Below, piece after piece: positions 40,199-50,062 of a DNA stretch of 64,000 nucleotides; position 1 is the first letter of the stretch; every line of letters begins with the position of its first letter. The notes beneath the pieces were generated by a model, which saw only the letters and a list, made by a program, of their open reading frames with translations, searched no databases and was not told where the DNA came from. The stretch covers positions 20,070-84,069 of the forward strand of contig JAZGAD010000014.1 of the NCBI GenBank assembly GCA_036444275.1, in the 5' to 3' direction. This DNA comes from Candidatus Hydrothermarchaeales archaeon. Its GTDB lineage: Archaea; Hydrothermarchaeota; Hydrothermarchaeia; Hydrothermarchaeales; JAZGAD01. The translations under genes were made by a program, and so were the position numbers.

Positions 40199-42265
40199 GT
40201 GATTAAAATGGTTCGACTAAAGGAAAAGATCAGATCTGTCATCCGCCGCAAGGAAAAGGACTATGGGGAACCATATATCGAGGAGGACTACGGCCTTCCA
40301 CCCGGATTCGAGGATGATGTAGGGATCGAGGAGTCGGAAGGCGAATATGTGCTCTTAAAGATCTTTGAAAGAGAGAGCCCTGATATTGGATTCTCATACG
40401 CTGCAAACAAGATCGAGGAGTTAAAAAAGGATATATCCGCTCTTAAGGCAGAAGCGGATTCACTATCAGGGGTAAACGCCACGCTGAGGGTGGATCTGGA
40501 GAGGCTTCTCCCCCTAAAGGGGGCGCTGGACGAGCTGAGAAAAGACATAGAAGAGAAGGACGATGTAATCTTTGCGAAGAACCTAGACATAAAGAAAGTG
40601 AATAAAGCCCTCGATCGCATGCAGGTAGAAGTAAGCGAACTAAGGAGGGAGTTGAAAGATAGGGAGCGGTTGCTGGAGAGGGGTAATAAACGGCTGAAGC
40701 AGATGGAGGATACGACTCGGCTGGATGAGTTGGAGGCAGAGCTCAGCGAGCTCAGGGTGACTGTTACGGAGCAGAAGGATACCCTCGCTATAAAGAGTTC
40801 TCAGGCAGAGGAATTCAAGCAGATGGCAGCTGCCCAAGATGAGGAGCTGAACACCATAAAGGCTACTTGGTGGCAGCAGGGCAAGGAATTAAAGAAGATG
40901 AAGATAGAGCTGGAGGAGAAGACGGGCATCCTATCCTCGAAGGAGGGCTTGATAGAGGAGTTGACAAAGAAAACTACGTCCCTCAACGAGGTATTGGAGA
41001 GTATGCGGCAAGATGTGGCTGATAGAGAAAAGAGGCTCTCTACGTTTGGGGACCACATATCCGATGCAGAGAACCAGCAGAAGAGGCTGGAGAAAGAGCT
41101 TCGAGAAAAGGAGGAGGTTATAGGTAAAATCACTAACAATTTAGGCAGAGCTGAGTCTCGGGTAGATGATTTGAGGAGCCAGCTAGAGGAGAGGGATTTG
41201 CAGCTGCAAGGGACTACGAAGAGGGTCAGAGAGCTTGAGGATACGGATAGATTCGAGGATTTAGAGGCCGAGCTTAGCAAGTTGAAGGTGACTGTTGAGG
41301 GGCAGAAGGATACCCTATCTTTAAAGACTTCGGAGGTTGAAGACTTGAAGCAGGCTGCAGCTGCCCAGGAGGACGAGCTGAGCACCATAAAGGCTACTTG
41401 GTGGCAGCAGGGCAAGGAATCAAAGAAGATGAAGATAGAGCTGGAGGAAAAGACGAGTATCCTCTCTTCAAAGGAGGCATTGGTAGAAGAGTTGAAGAAG
41501 AAATCTGCGTCCCTCAGCGAGCTCTTGGAGAGTATGAAGAGGGATGTAACTAACAAAGAGGACAGGGTAGAGGAATACGAGGATAGGATCGGCCGTCTAC
41601 ACGGTAAAATAGGCGCCTTAAGGTCAGCTATAGGTATCGAAGAAGGGCAAAGAAAGAGCTTGAGTAAGAGATTATTTGGTGGTAAGAAGGAACTCACATT
41701 GGAGGACGAGTTAGACCTCCTGACAGAGGATATAACCGTAAATCAGGGCAGGGTCGTCGGCTATGACAAGAAGGTATCAGACTTAGAGATCCAGGTAGAG
41801 AGACAGAAAAAAGCCTTGGAGGAAAAGGAGGGGACCATCTCTGCAAAGACCAGCGAGATAGAAAAACTCTTGGATGTTTCCTCCTCCCTGAAGCAGGAAT
41901 TAAGAGAATTAAGGGAGAAGACACCTGTGGAAGGTACCAAAGAGGTAGACGCGAAGGAGGCGGCCTCCCTAAGGCTAGCAAAATTGAAAAGAACAGTTGA
42001 GGGCGGACCCGAGGAAATAATCGAGGAAAAACCTGTAATGGGGGAAAGGGAAAGACTAGAGGAAGCTGAAAAGGAAGCGGAGAAGTTAAAGATCAAAAAA
42101 GAATTAAGAATGCTGGAAATTGAGAAGAAATCGACCGAAAAATTATTGGAGAGGCTTCCAACTGCTAGTTTTGATGAAACAGAACGCAGTATGAGGGAAG
42201 CGAGCTATACGGAGAAGCTGACGAATATATCCCGCAGTATCGAGGAATTGAGAGAAAGGCTGTGA
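40199..42265 (+). CDS. Long coiled-coil protein with an internal 177-aa duplication (alternative ATG at 40208)
   Basis: E/K/L heptads throughout; TIKATWWQQGKE.KKMKIELEEKT occurs twice, 531 bp apart; no Walker motifs; abuts the upstream gene. Confidence 0.85.
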   Translation: MIKMVRLKEKIRSVIRRKEKDYGEPYIEEDYGLPPGFEDDVGIEESEGEYVLLKIFERESPDIGFSYAANKIEELKKDISALKAEADSLSGVNATLRVDLERLLPLKGALDELRKDIEEKDDVIFAKNLDIKKVNKALDRMQVEVSELRRELKDRERLLERGNKRLKQMEDTTRLDELEAELSELRVTVTEQKDTLAIKSSQAEEFKQMAAAQDEELNTIKATWWQQGKELKKMKIELEEKTGILSSKEGLIEELTKKTTSLNEVLESMRQDVADREKRLSTFGDHISDAENQQKRLEKELREKEEVIGKITNNLGRAESRVDDLRSQLEERDLQLQGTTKRVRELEDTDRFEDLEAELSKLKVTVEGQKDTLSLKTSEVEDLKQAAAAQEDELSTIKATWWQQGKESKKMKIELEEKTSILSSKEALVEELKKKSASLSELLESMKRDVTNKEDRVEEYEDRIGRLHGKIGALRSAIGIEEGQRKSLSKRLFGGKKELTLEDELDLLTEDITVNQGRVVGYDKKVSDLEIQVERQKKALEEKEGTISAKTSEIEKLLDVSSSLKQELRELREKTPVEGTKEVDAKEAASLRLAKLKRTVEGGPEEIIEEKPVMGERERLEEAEKEAEKLKIKKELRMLEIEKKSTEKLLERLPTASFDETERSMREASYTEKLTNISRSIEELRERL

Positions 42266-42420
42266 AGCTAACTGACACCGTATTGTTGGCACTTTTTTAG
42301 GGTCTAAGTCTAATGAGGGTACGGGGGAAGTACATAGCATGCATTCTACTTTACTTACTACCTCGTCTCCCCTAGGTCAGAGCTTTCGAATTGAATCGAA
42401 GACTAAGACGCTTCAAATTC

Positions 42421-42813
42421 TTAGCTTATATACTCTGGGGCTGCGTTTCGCTGTGTCCAACCCAAGGTCAGCGTTTTGAATTCTTCCCTCTTCTCCTGTA
42501 GTTTCTGCCGTATCTCTATCTCTAGTTGGTCTAAGGCGTCGCTGTCAAGCCTCATAATCTCTTGGATCTCCGGGCCAGCAGTTTCTGGGAGTTCTAGGTC
42601 CAATTTCTTCGCAAGCGTTTTGAATTCTTCCCTCTTTCCTTGTAGTTTTTGCCGGATCTCTACTTGTAGGTCGTCTAGTGCGTCGCTGTCAAGCCTCCTA
42701 GCTCTAGATATACTTTGGTCCCTCAGTCCTAGGTCTCCTCTATCGAAGGCAAAGAGGTCACCAGTTTTTCCCTGGTAGAGCAAGCCTTCTCCAAAGTTTC
42801 CAAACTCTATCAT
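42421..42813 (-). CDS. Hypothetical protein with a 48-aa-spaced internal repeat
   Basis: RLDSDALD.L..EIRQKLQ.KREEFKTL twice (144-bp offset); GGAGG RBS and ATGA overlap with the upstream ORF. Confidence 0.6.
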   Translation of the reverse strand: MIEFGNFGEGLLYQGKTGDLFAFDRGDLGLRDQSISRARRLDSDALDDLQVEIRQKLQGKREEFKTLAKKLDLELPETAGPEIQEIMRLDSDALDQLEIEIRQKLQEKREEFKTLTLGWTQRNAAPEYIS

Positions 42814-42998
42814 TTCTCGTCCTCCTTTAATTTTTTCGTATACGCTTCTAATGCCGCATCTACCACCATTCTTTGGGTAACAGTCTTGCCGGTTCGCAGT
42901 TGCATCTTCCCTACCAATCTCCTGATGGTTTCCGCTGTCCGTGTGCCGATCGTAATCGTAGTCATCGGCTCTCGATGCGGTCCTGTTAAGACTTTCAT
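42810..42998 (-). CDS. Small putative DNA-binding protein (RHH/CopG-like); start may be ATG 42965
   Basis: MTTITIGTRTAETIRRL...TQRMVVDAALEAY has a beta-helix-helix pattern; translationally coupled to the next gene. Confidence 0.5.
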   Translation of the reverse strand: MKVLTGPHREPMTTITIGTRTAETIRRLVGKMQLRTGKTVTQRMVVDAALEAYTKKLKEDEK

Positions 42999-43199
42999 GT
43001 TCCAGCCTCTAAATGTATTAAATTAATTTAATTAAAGAGGGCATCAAGGGTGCTTATATATAGCTTATGGTCCAGCCGGCCGGCTAGTTTGGTACATTGT
43101 AGCTCACTCCAATTGCGACAAAATAAAACCAACACTAATACAGCAATTCGAACAGTAGAGCGACAAGTAAAGGTATAGGCCAACAACACAGAAGGTGTC

Positions 43200-43501
43200 C
43201 TCAAAATTTGGGGGTGTATAATAAAAAAGATGAGAGTATAAAAGCATTCAAACGAAATCAAGTTTTCGTTGCCATTCCGTACGGCAAACGATGGGGTATC
43301 GAGACCAGCCTGCATGAAGAAGTGGCTCAAGACAAGGACGGCCCTAAAGAACTATCAGGTACGCCTATTTTTTTCCCCTTCTCAGTCGTTTTGTATAATT
43401 TGTGGGTGCTAATTAATGCATTTGTAGAGGCATTCATATTCAAAAGGGCGCTAAGGAAGCCATGTCTCACTGCTACGATGTTTGAGGATGATCCTGATTA
43501 G
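43200..43501 (+). pseudogene. IS4-superfamily (ISH3-like) transposase C-terminal remnant, frameshifted
   Basis: YGKRWGIETS and LYNLWVLIN in one frame, KTRTALKNYQVRLFF in another frame between them. Together these match the Y..RW.IE...RT....VRL.....LYN.W pattern of ISH3 transposases. Confidence 0.7.
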
Positions 43502-43543
43502 CTCTGGTTTCTACATTGATGATAGTGGATGGTAAAAATTAAT

Positions 43544-44446
43544 TTAGATTTCGAGTTGAGGGTATTTTTCCTTGAACTTCTGTTTCAACTCTTTCGCCTT
43601 ATCGAGTTTATTCTGATTAGTGTAAATCTCTAAGGCATAGGGTAAATCAATCTTGATTACATCCAAAAATCCATTGGGGTATGCAAGTTCCAGTGATTTC
43701 TCGTACCATTGTATTGCTTTGTCGGGTTCGCCTTTTATACTGTAGAGGTTTCCTAGGTTGGTGTAGTCTTTTGCGATGCTTTCTTTTCTTTCTAGTTCTT
43801 CATTGATTTTTAGTGATTTCTCGTACCATTGTATTGCTTTGTCTAAGTTATCTGTTATTCTGTAGAGGTTTCCTAGGTTGGTGTAGTCTTTTGCGATGCT
43901 TTCTTTTCTTTCTAGTTCTTCATTGATCATTAGTGATTTCTCGTGGTGTGTGATTGCTTTGTCGAGGTCGCCTTTTATATTGTAGACGATTCCGAGGTTT
44001 CCATTAACAATGGCTTCTCCTAGGGGCTCCATCGCATTATCTAAGGCGTTAGAAAAATTCTCTTCGGCTTCTGGGAGGTTTCCGAGTGTCATGTGAGAGA
44101 GCCCAATGAAGTTGTAGATAGCTGTCTTCTCCTCTCTTGCGGGGTTTTCCTCCAAGGCATATTTAAGGAATGCCAACGCATCATTGTATCTTTCTTGATT
44201 GAAACAGTCGATGCTCTTCTCAAAACTTTGCCTAATCAGGTCTGATTTCGGGAGATTTGGTATTTCATCTTGGTAGAAACTAAGTTCCAGTCCCTCTATA
44301 CCAATTAAAGTTTTTAATGGGCCCCCTTTTTGAGTAACTAGAATCAAAATGAAAATGAGAATTACCACAAGTAAAACTAGAAGTACCTTTATTTCAACTG
44401 GAACGTCCTCAAGAATAATTAAGGCTATTCTGTTGCCATCGGCCAT
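43544..44446 (-). CDS. Membrane-anchored tetratricopeptide-repeat protein
   Basis: N-terminal hydrophobic helix; TPR repeats (YTNLGNLY...DKAIQWYEKSL). Confidence 0.88.
   Translation of the reverse strand: MADGNRIALIILEDVPVEIKVLLVLLVVILIFILILVTQKGGPLKTLIGIEGLELSFYQDEIPNLPKSDLIRQSFEKSIDCFNQERYNDALAFLKYALEENPAREEKTAIYNFIGLSHMTLGNLPEAEENFSNALDNAMEPLGEAIVNGNLGIVYNIKGDLDKAITHHEKSLMINEELERKESIAKDYTNLGNLYRITDNLDKAIQWYEKSLKINEELERKESIAKDYTNLGNLYSIKGEPDKAIQWYEKSLELAYPNGFLDVIKIDLPYALEIYTNQNKLDKAKELKQKFKEKYPQLEI
43690..44000 (-). repeat. 120-bp tandem repeats encoding 40-aa TPR units
   Basis: 43741-43800 and 43861-43920 are identical; a third copy is degenerate. Confidence 0.85.
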
Positions 44447-45087
44447 AAATCAAGAAAAAGGAAAACGGACATATATAGTTTGTTTATTTTTCCCCGTCCC
44501 GGTTGGTCCTGTAAGTCGTCCTGATTCCTGAACCAACTAGGACGCCTATTAAATAAAAAACTCGAAAATATTGTCAATTACCGGCAGGCCTTCATTGTTA
44601 GGTTTCCCCTTTGGATATGCCTTATAAAGCTTATCAGCATGAGGAACGAATTCGAAAGCTATAAATATCAAGCACTCTGAAAAAGTTGAGAAAAAGAGAG
44701 CGGACAAAGGAGACTGGGAAGGAGGTAAGAGCACTTGGGGTGGTGCACAAAACTCGGGTCTCCCTTGCCCATAATTTTCCTATCTTATTAACGACTACAA
44801 ATTATTACGTGGTGCGTAACAGAGCTTGAAATATAAGATTTATTTCGACAGATTTTTCTGGCTTTGGAGACTCTGTCACGCTAATTACCTGGGTTAACCC
44901 TGGCTGAGTCCCTGGTTCTTGTCCTGGTTGTATAATGCACGCGGAGGAGAAAATTATTCAAGCGCTTCCAGCCGCCCCTTAGATAACGTACTTCGATATG
45001 CTCAAATGGTCCTTTAAAGGTGCCGGGAACGAGATTATTTTAGTACTATTTCTATTTTGAAAATATGCTGTACATGGTCAGACTGGA

Positions 45088-46419
45088 TTAGAATAGCCTA
45101 TCTCCCTTCCCAGCCTTACCCAACAAATCACTCGCCTCCTCATAGGCGAACTTGAGCACCTCTGCCTCGTCCAGCGTGCGCATCTGTCGATTCTCCATGA
45201 GTATCTTGCCGTCAACAATTACGGTGTCAACATCACTGCCACTAGCGGCATATACGAGGTGCGAGACAGGATTTGTAAGCGGTGTTAGGTTCGGCTTATC
45301 TAGGTCCACCAATATTACATCAGCGCGCTTACCTACCTCCAGAGAGCCTATCTCCTTTTCCAGGCCCAACGCTTTAGCTCCGTTTATAGTGGCAAACTCC
45401 AGCACGCGCTGAGCCGGCACTACGGAGGCATCCCCTTTGTTAAGCTTGTGGAGGAGGGCGCAGATCTTCATATCCTCGAAGATGTCCAGGTTGTTGTTGC
45501 TCGCTGGACCGTCGGTACCTAGAGCGACTGTGATGCCGGCATCCAAGTACTCAGGCACGCTAGCAACGCCTGAACCCAACTTCATATTGCATATTGGATT
45601 GTGAGCGACCTTCACATCTCTCTTCTTCATGATCCCTATCTCCTTTTTAGACGCCCAAGTAGCGTGAGCTGCCACCACATTGCTACCAAGGAAACCGATC
45701 TTATCAAGGTACTCAAAGGGACGTAACCCTTTATCCTTTACAGAGTTCTCTACCTCGTCGCTCGTCTCGCTAACATGGATATGGAGGCCTGTATGATATT
45801 TCTCTGCCAACTCTTTGGACTTCACTAAAAGTTCCTGGGAGCATGTATAGGGCGCATGTGGTCCGAGGAATATCCTAACGCGATTCCCTTCCTTTTTGTT
45901 CTGGTATTTCTTAATCAGTTCCTCACCTTCAGCGATGAACCTCTTGGCTTTCTCTTCATCGCCCAGGTCTATCATGGCCCAGGATAACACGCCCCTGATC
46001 CCTGCTTCCTTCACACTCCTAGCTATCTCGTCTATGAAGAAGTACATGTCATTGAAGCAGGTGGTGCCGGACTTAATCAGCGCAAGGCAGCCCAACAGGG
46101 AGCCAGCATAGACATGCTTTCCCTCAAGCAAGGATTCTATGGGCCAGATTTCATCTTTTAACCACTTGTTCAGTGGGAGATCATCGGCGATACCTCTAAA
46201 CAAGGTCATGGGTAAGTGAGTATGTGCATTTATCAGCCCAGGCAGGACAAGTTTTCTGCTCGCATCTATGACGAAGTCAGCCTCCCCTTTTATCTCCTCG
46301 GCGATCTCTGTTATCCTGCCCTCTTCTATCCCTATAGAACATTTTTTTAAGATACGCCTCCCTTCATCCATGGTCACAATGGTGCCGTTTCTTATGAGCA
46401 CATCCATATTATCATCCAA
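45088..46419 (-). CDS. mtaD: 5-methylthioadenosine/S-adenosylhomocysteine/5'-deoxyadenosine deaminase (MtaD/DadD amidohydrolase); likely start ATG 46407
   Basis: [37 protein letters not shown] and [10 protein letters not shown] motifs. Confidence 0.85.
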   Translation of the reverse strand: MDDNMDVLIRNGTIVTMDEGRRILKKCSIGIEEGRITEIAEEIKGEADFVIDASRKLVLPGLINAHTHLPMTLFRGIADDLPLNKWLKDEIWPIESLLEGKHVYAGSLLGCLALIKSGTTCFNDMYFFIDEIARSVKEAGIRGVLSWAMIDLGDEEKAKRFIAEGEELIKKYQNKKEGNRVRIFLGPHAPYTCSQELLVKSKELAEKYHTGLHIHVSETSDEVENSVKDKGLRPFEYLDKIGFLGSNVVAAHATWASKKEIGIMKKRDVKVAHNPICNMKLGSGVASVPEYLDAGITVALGTDGPASNNNLDIFEDMKICALLHKLNKGDASVVPAQRVLEFATINGAKALGLEKEIGSLEVGKRADVILVDLDKPNLTPLTNPVSHLVYAASGSDVDTVIVDGKILMENRQMRTLDEAEVLKFAYEEASDLLGKAGKGDRLF

Positions 46420-46566
46420 AGCTTATAGAGTTCAGTTCTGGAAAAGCTTGTCTCAGCCCGACAGGACCTGGCAAGTATGGATTTGAGTTTTTCCTTAAAG
46501 TAGGTTTCGGTGGTAGCTCAGTAGCCGAGAGGAGGGCCAGCTTTCAAGAATTGGAGAGGGAATTTT

Positions 46567-46902
46567 TCACAGGACAATTCTAATTAATTCTACTAGCAAT
46601 ATCGTACCTATGACCGCCAGAATGATGTAGATGATTTTCTCGGGATCTAAACCACGTACCAGCTCTGATAACCTATCTCTCAAGGGCTTTTTTATCTCCC
46701 GGCCAGCCTTCTTTTTATGTCTCTCATGGAAGGGCTCATAAATCCATTTCTCAGGCGCCTTGCTCCTGTTTTCTTTGAACTTCTCTAGCCCGATGCATGT
46801 ATGGTTCTCTGGTAAGCGATGATCTGCGCAAAACTGGGACCCGCAGAACTTGCAGGTAAAGGGCATTGTTTCCTCAGCGTTGCAGTAAGAGCAGACACCC
46901 AT
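46567..46902 (-). CDS. AN1-type zinc-finger protein with C-terminal TM helix
   Basis: CSYC...[23 protein letters not shown]; hydrophobic tail. Confidence 0.85.
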   Translation of the reverse strand: MGVCSYCNAEETMPFTCKFCGSQFCADHRLPENHTCIGLEKFKENRSKAPEKWIYEPFHERHKKKAGREIKKPLRDRLSELVRGLDPEKIIYIILAVIGTILLVELIRIVL

Positions 46903-46904
46903 TT

Positions 46905-47780
46905 CTAGTTCACCCCCGTACTATATAGCTCCCTTCGCCTAGCCTCCAACATCTCGTTCTCCTTGTCCAGAAACTCAGCAGCAGTCAGTATCTTCTTGCC
47001 CTCTTCTTCAGCAACCTCCAAAACAGGTTGCAGCCTCTCCCTCCACTTAATATCCCTGAGAAAATGGTGATCAATAATGAGCTTCGCCACCTTTGTTTCT
47101 CTGAGTATCTTGGAGATATTCTCTAGAGAAGCATCTAAGCTTTTTTGGGAATACCTGAAGCCCAACATATATGACAGAGGCCCATCTAGGTATATAATCC
47201 CGGGGTCTTCATCTAGGATAAACTCAGCCTGTTCATCGACACATGGGCCCTCTATATCTGAAGTGAAGAGAAAGCAGTCGTCACCCACTCTTACAGCAAC
47301 TTGGGTTACATACCCCAGCTTTGGCCCTGGACCATGGAATACCGGAGGAGAGAACTTTATCGTGGTCTCTCCGAACTTGAACTCTCTTCCATCTGAATAC
47401 TCCAGGCTCTTGGGTAGCCCGCTTAATTGCTCCAGAAAGAACTCGGCTCTTGCTGCTTGGCTGCGGTTGATCTTCTCTGTTGGATGCTTCAGCAAGACGT
47501 TTTTATCCTTATAGAGTTCTGGCTCGTTTGGATCGTGATGGTCGTAGTGATAATGGGTTACTATAATGATTGAAGCCTTATTGGCAAGTCTTTTTATCGC
47601 CTCCCAGTGCTCTTCCATTCTGCGCAACTCAATGGGGTGCGGGGGCAATTTATATCTGGATGGACCCAGCGCTACAGCGGGATCGATGAATATCTTGCAA
47701 TCCTTTGTTTCAACGAAGGTGGCCATGCTCCGTGTGCCCAAGGAATCCGAAGCAACAAGAGTTATGTCCATCGTTTTCAC
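46905..47780 (-). CDS. Metallo-beta-lactamase-fold hydrolase (UPF0282-like)
   Basis: [23 protein letters not shown] and IIDHHFLRD. Confidence 0.85.
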   Translation of the reverse strand: MKTMDITLVASDSLGTRSMATFVETKDCKIFIDPAVALGPSRYKLPPHPIELRRMEEHWEAIKRLANKASIIIVTHYHYDHHDPNEPELYKDKNVLLKHPTEKINRSQAARAEFFLEQLSGLPKSLEYSDGREFKFGETTIKFSPPVFHGPGPKLGYVTQVAVRVGDDCFLFTSDIEGPCVDEQAEFILDEDPGIIYLDGPLSYMLGFRYSQKSLDASLENISKILRETKVAKLIIDHHFLRDIKWRERLQPVLEVAEEEGKKILTAAEFLDKENEMLEARRRELYSTGVN

Positions 47781-47818
47781 TTTACCTTTATATCACATGG
47801 ACCTCAGGCTTCACAACT

Positions 47819-48895
47819 TTATGTAATGAGCAGCTCTTCCTTGCCATCTTTCAGCGCGTTCTTCAATTCCACAGCTATGCGCCGCCCCATGCTCATGTTG
47901 GCGCCGTGGAGGATATAGCTGTATGGAGAGCCATCCATATAGGGATTCGTACCAGCTACTATCCTAGCTGAGATCTCGAAGGCTATGAATTTCAGATTAC
48001 GGGTTACCATGGTCTCAAGGCAGAAAGGACCTATCATGCCTGGGGGCGCTATCTCCTTAGAGACCTTCGTCAGGTTATCACCCATCTCAAGCACCTTCTC
48101 TAGCAAAGATTCCCTAGCGACGAGTGGAGTGTTGCCGACCACGACATAGCTGGGCTCAACGTAGTCGCTCTGCTCTGCTGCCGGAATTCTTGTAAGACCA
48201 TCTATATTCGCTTCATAGCGTCTGTCCATCCCGAAGAGTTCCACTTCTTCTTGGAGTGGGGAATAGAAGTATGATATGTACATGTTCACCCCTGCAATGT
48301 AGTCCTGTATCGTGACATTCTCTAGGTCCTCGCGGCTTATGCGTTTCTTCCTCAGCATCTCCCTAGACTTGTGCTCGAAATCTGAGTAATTGTTCACTAG
48401 AAAATATCCTCTTCCCCCTCTAGCACCCGGGAATTTGACGATGGAAAGTACCGAAATATCTTTAGGGTCCTTGTTTTCGTTTGGCATCTCTACACCCGCC
48501 TTCTCCAGCCACTGACGCTCCAGCTTACGGTCAGCCTCCCACCTCAAAATACCTCTATTCCCGAGGAGAGGGACACTAAGTTCTTTCTCCACGCTCTCTG
48601 TGCCTAGGTATGCTACTAGAGAGCCATGTGGCACCAATACACAGCCCTTGTCCCTTAGTTTCTCCAGCACATCCTCCTGGAGCATATCCCTGTAATCTCC
48701 TACAGTGATAATATCGTCAGCTACTCTAAATCTCTTGTAAATTGAACTCCGGCCGGTTTTGCATATGGCAAGCGTCTTGAAGCCTTCATCTTTAGCGCCC
48801 TTCAGGATCTGCAGTGCTGAATGGCTACCCAAAGTTGCAACTGTGACCTCACGGTAGTCTTTAAAGAGCTCCAGCATCTCGTCTCTAGATATCAT
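47819..48895 (-). CDS. purP: Formate--phosphoribosylaminoimidazolecarboxamide ligase (ATP-grasp)
   Basis: TLGSHSALQILKGAKDEGF, VKFPGARGGRGYF, FEISARIVAGTN and MSMGRRIA. Confidence 0.9.
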   Translation of the reverse strand: MISRDEMLELFKDYREVTVATLGSHSALQILKGAKDEGFKTLAICKTGRSSIYKRFRVADDIITVGDYRDMLQEDVLEKLRDKGCVLVPHGSLVAYLGTESVEKELSVPLLGNRGILRWEADRKLERQWLEKAGVEMPNENKDPKDISVLSIVKFPGARGGRGYFLVNNYSDFEHKSREMLRKKRISREDLENVTIQDYIAGVNMYISYFYSPLQEEVELFGMDRRYEANIDGLTRIPAAEQSDYVEPSYVVVGNTPLVARESLLEKVLEMGDNLTKVSKEIAPPGMIGPFCLETMVTRNLKFIAFEISARIVAGTNPYMDGSPYSYILHGANMSMGRRIAVELKNALKDGKEELLIT

Positions 48896-48907
48896 CTTGT
48901 TCCTGAC

Positions 48908-50002
48908 CTATGTTACAATATCCCCTAACCTATCCTCTGTTCTCGCGGCATCTATCTCCATGGCGACCCTCCTACCAGGGCCGACTTCCTTCAAGTATTT
49001 GTACTTCATGTATGGTGATGTGGGCTCAACACATGGACAGCCGGGTATCCTGGGACTCACATCGAAGACATAGAAATCCAGCTTCTTGTCAACAGCGCCT
49101 TGAAGTGCGAACAAACCGAGCATGCCAGGCGGATATTCCTTCTCACAGGCACTGACGAATCTCTCGCCAGCGTCGAATATCTTCTCTATCTGCGACTCTC
49201 TCATTGTAGCACCACAGTGCCCGATCTCTATGTTTTGAACCCTGACCTTTACCTCCCTCTGTGCAGTAGCTGGAAGATCAAGGACGCCGTCAAGATTCGT
49301 CTGGATGCGGCGGTCAAAGCCCAGTAAATCAAGTTCTCTAGTCAGTGGCGACCAGAAGAAGTTGGCATTGAACTTCGCTCCGACGACGTATTCTTCTATC
49401 ACCGCCTTCTTTAACTCCTCTTCATCTACTATGTCCCTCTCTATCCTCTCCATTGCACGCTCCTCAAACTCCTTGGGCGAGGAGGCATAGAAGAAGGCTC
49501 GTTCCACGCTATCCTTCTCCATTACCTTGACTATGGCGAGGCGGTCTATCTCCTCAGGCGAAGTGAATATCTTGGGCATCTTTATTCCTGCCTTTTCAAG
49601 CAAGTGGTATTGATTCCTGGGCTCATTCCTCTCCTCGCAACGCAGCATATAGCGGTTGCCGAGCATTGGAACCAAGAATTTATTCTCTATGTTATCGTAG
49701 CCTACATAAACAGAGAACGACCTGCTGGGCACAAAGATGGTGTTCAGCTGACGCAGTTGCTCTTGATTCTCTTCTTTTATCATGTCGATGAATTTATCAA
49801 GGACTAGCACCTCGTCGAAGAGTCCTTTATAGTACTTGGTATAGGTCTTATCCCGGCCTTTCTGGCATATCACTACTGTTGGAAAGCCCTCCTGCTTCGC
49901 CCCATGGGCTATCTCCAATGCTGAATGGCTGCCTATAACACCTATGCTGATATCGTCATCGTAGTCCTTCAGCACCTCTAGAATGTCGTCTCTCGAAATC
50001 AT
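48908..50002 (-). CDS. purP: PurP-like paralog (DUF1246/DUF1297 ATP-grasp)
   Basis: GSHSALEIAHGAKQEGF, ERAFFYASS, DRRIQTNLDG and FDVSPRIPG; second PurP subfamily. Confidence 0.75.
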   Translation of the reverse strand: MISRDDILEVLKDYDDDISIGVIGSHSALEIAHGAKQEGFPTVVICQKGRDKTYTKYYKGLFDEVLVLDKFIDMIKEENQEQLRQLNTIFVPSRSFSVYVGYDNIENKFLVPMLGNRYMLRCEERNEPRNQYHLLEKAGIKMPKIFTSPEEIDRLAIVKVMEKDSVERAFFYASSPKEFEERAMERIERDIVDEEELKKAVIEEYVVGAKFNANFFWSPLTRELDLLGFDRRIQTNLDGVLDLPATAQREVKVRVQNIEIGHCGATMRESQIEKIFDAGERFVSACEKEYPPGMLGLFALQGAVDKKLDFYVFDVSPRIPGCPCVEPTSPYMKYKYLKEVGPGRRVAMEIDAARTEDRLGDIVT

Positions 50003-50062
50003 GCTAGAAGCTTGGTTAGAATAACTATTTAAATTTAATATACCATATGCTGAAGGAAGAGG

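Noticed and set aside
40199-42265. SMC/Rad50 annotation
   Set aside because: No Walker A/B, ABC signature, hinge or CxxC hook; only generic coiled coil.
5824-42340. Many 60-305 aa antisense or alternate-frame ORFs within the giant and coiled-coil genes
   Set aside because: Expected shadows of biased codon usage; duplicated ones (10207/12061) only mirror the DNA duplication.
44447-45087. Short ORFs and imperfect inverted repeats in the intergenic region
   Set aside because: No coding signal or recognisable RNA-gene/MITE structure.
46505-46560. tRNA-like start GGTGGTAGCTCAGTAG
   Set aside because: No T-arm (GTTCGA), anticodon arm or matching acceptor stem follows; at most a short hairpin.
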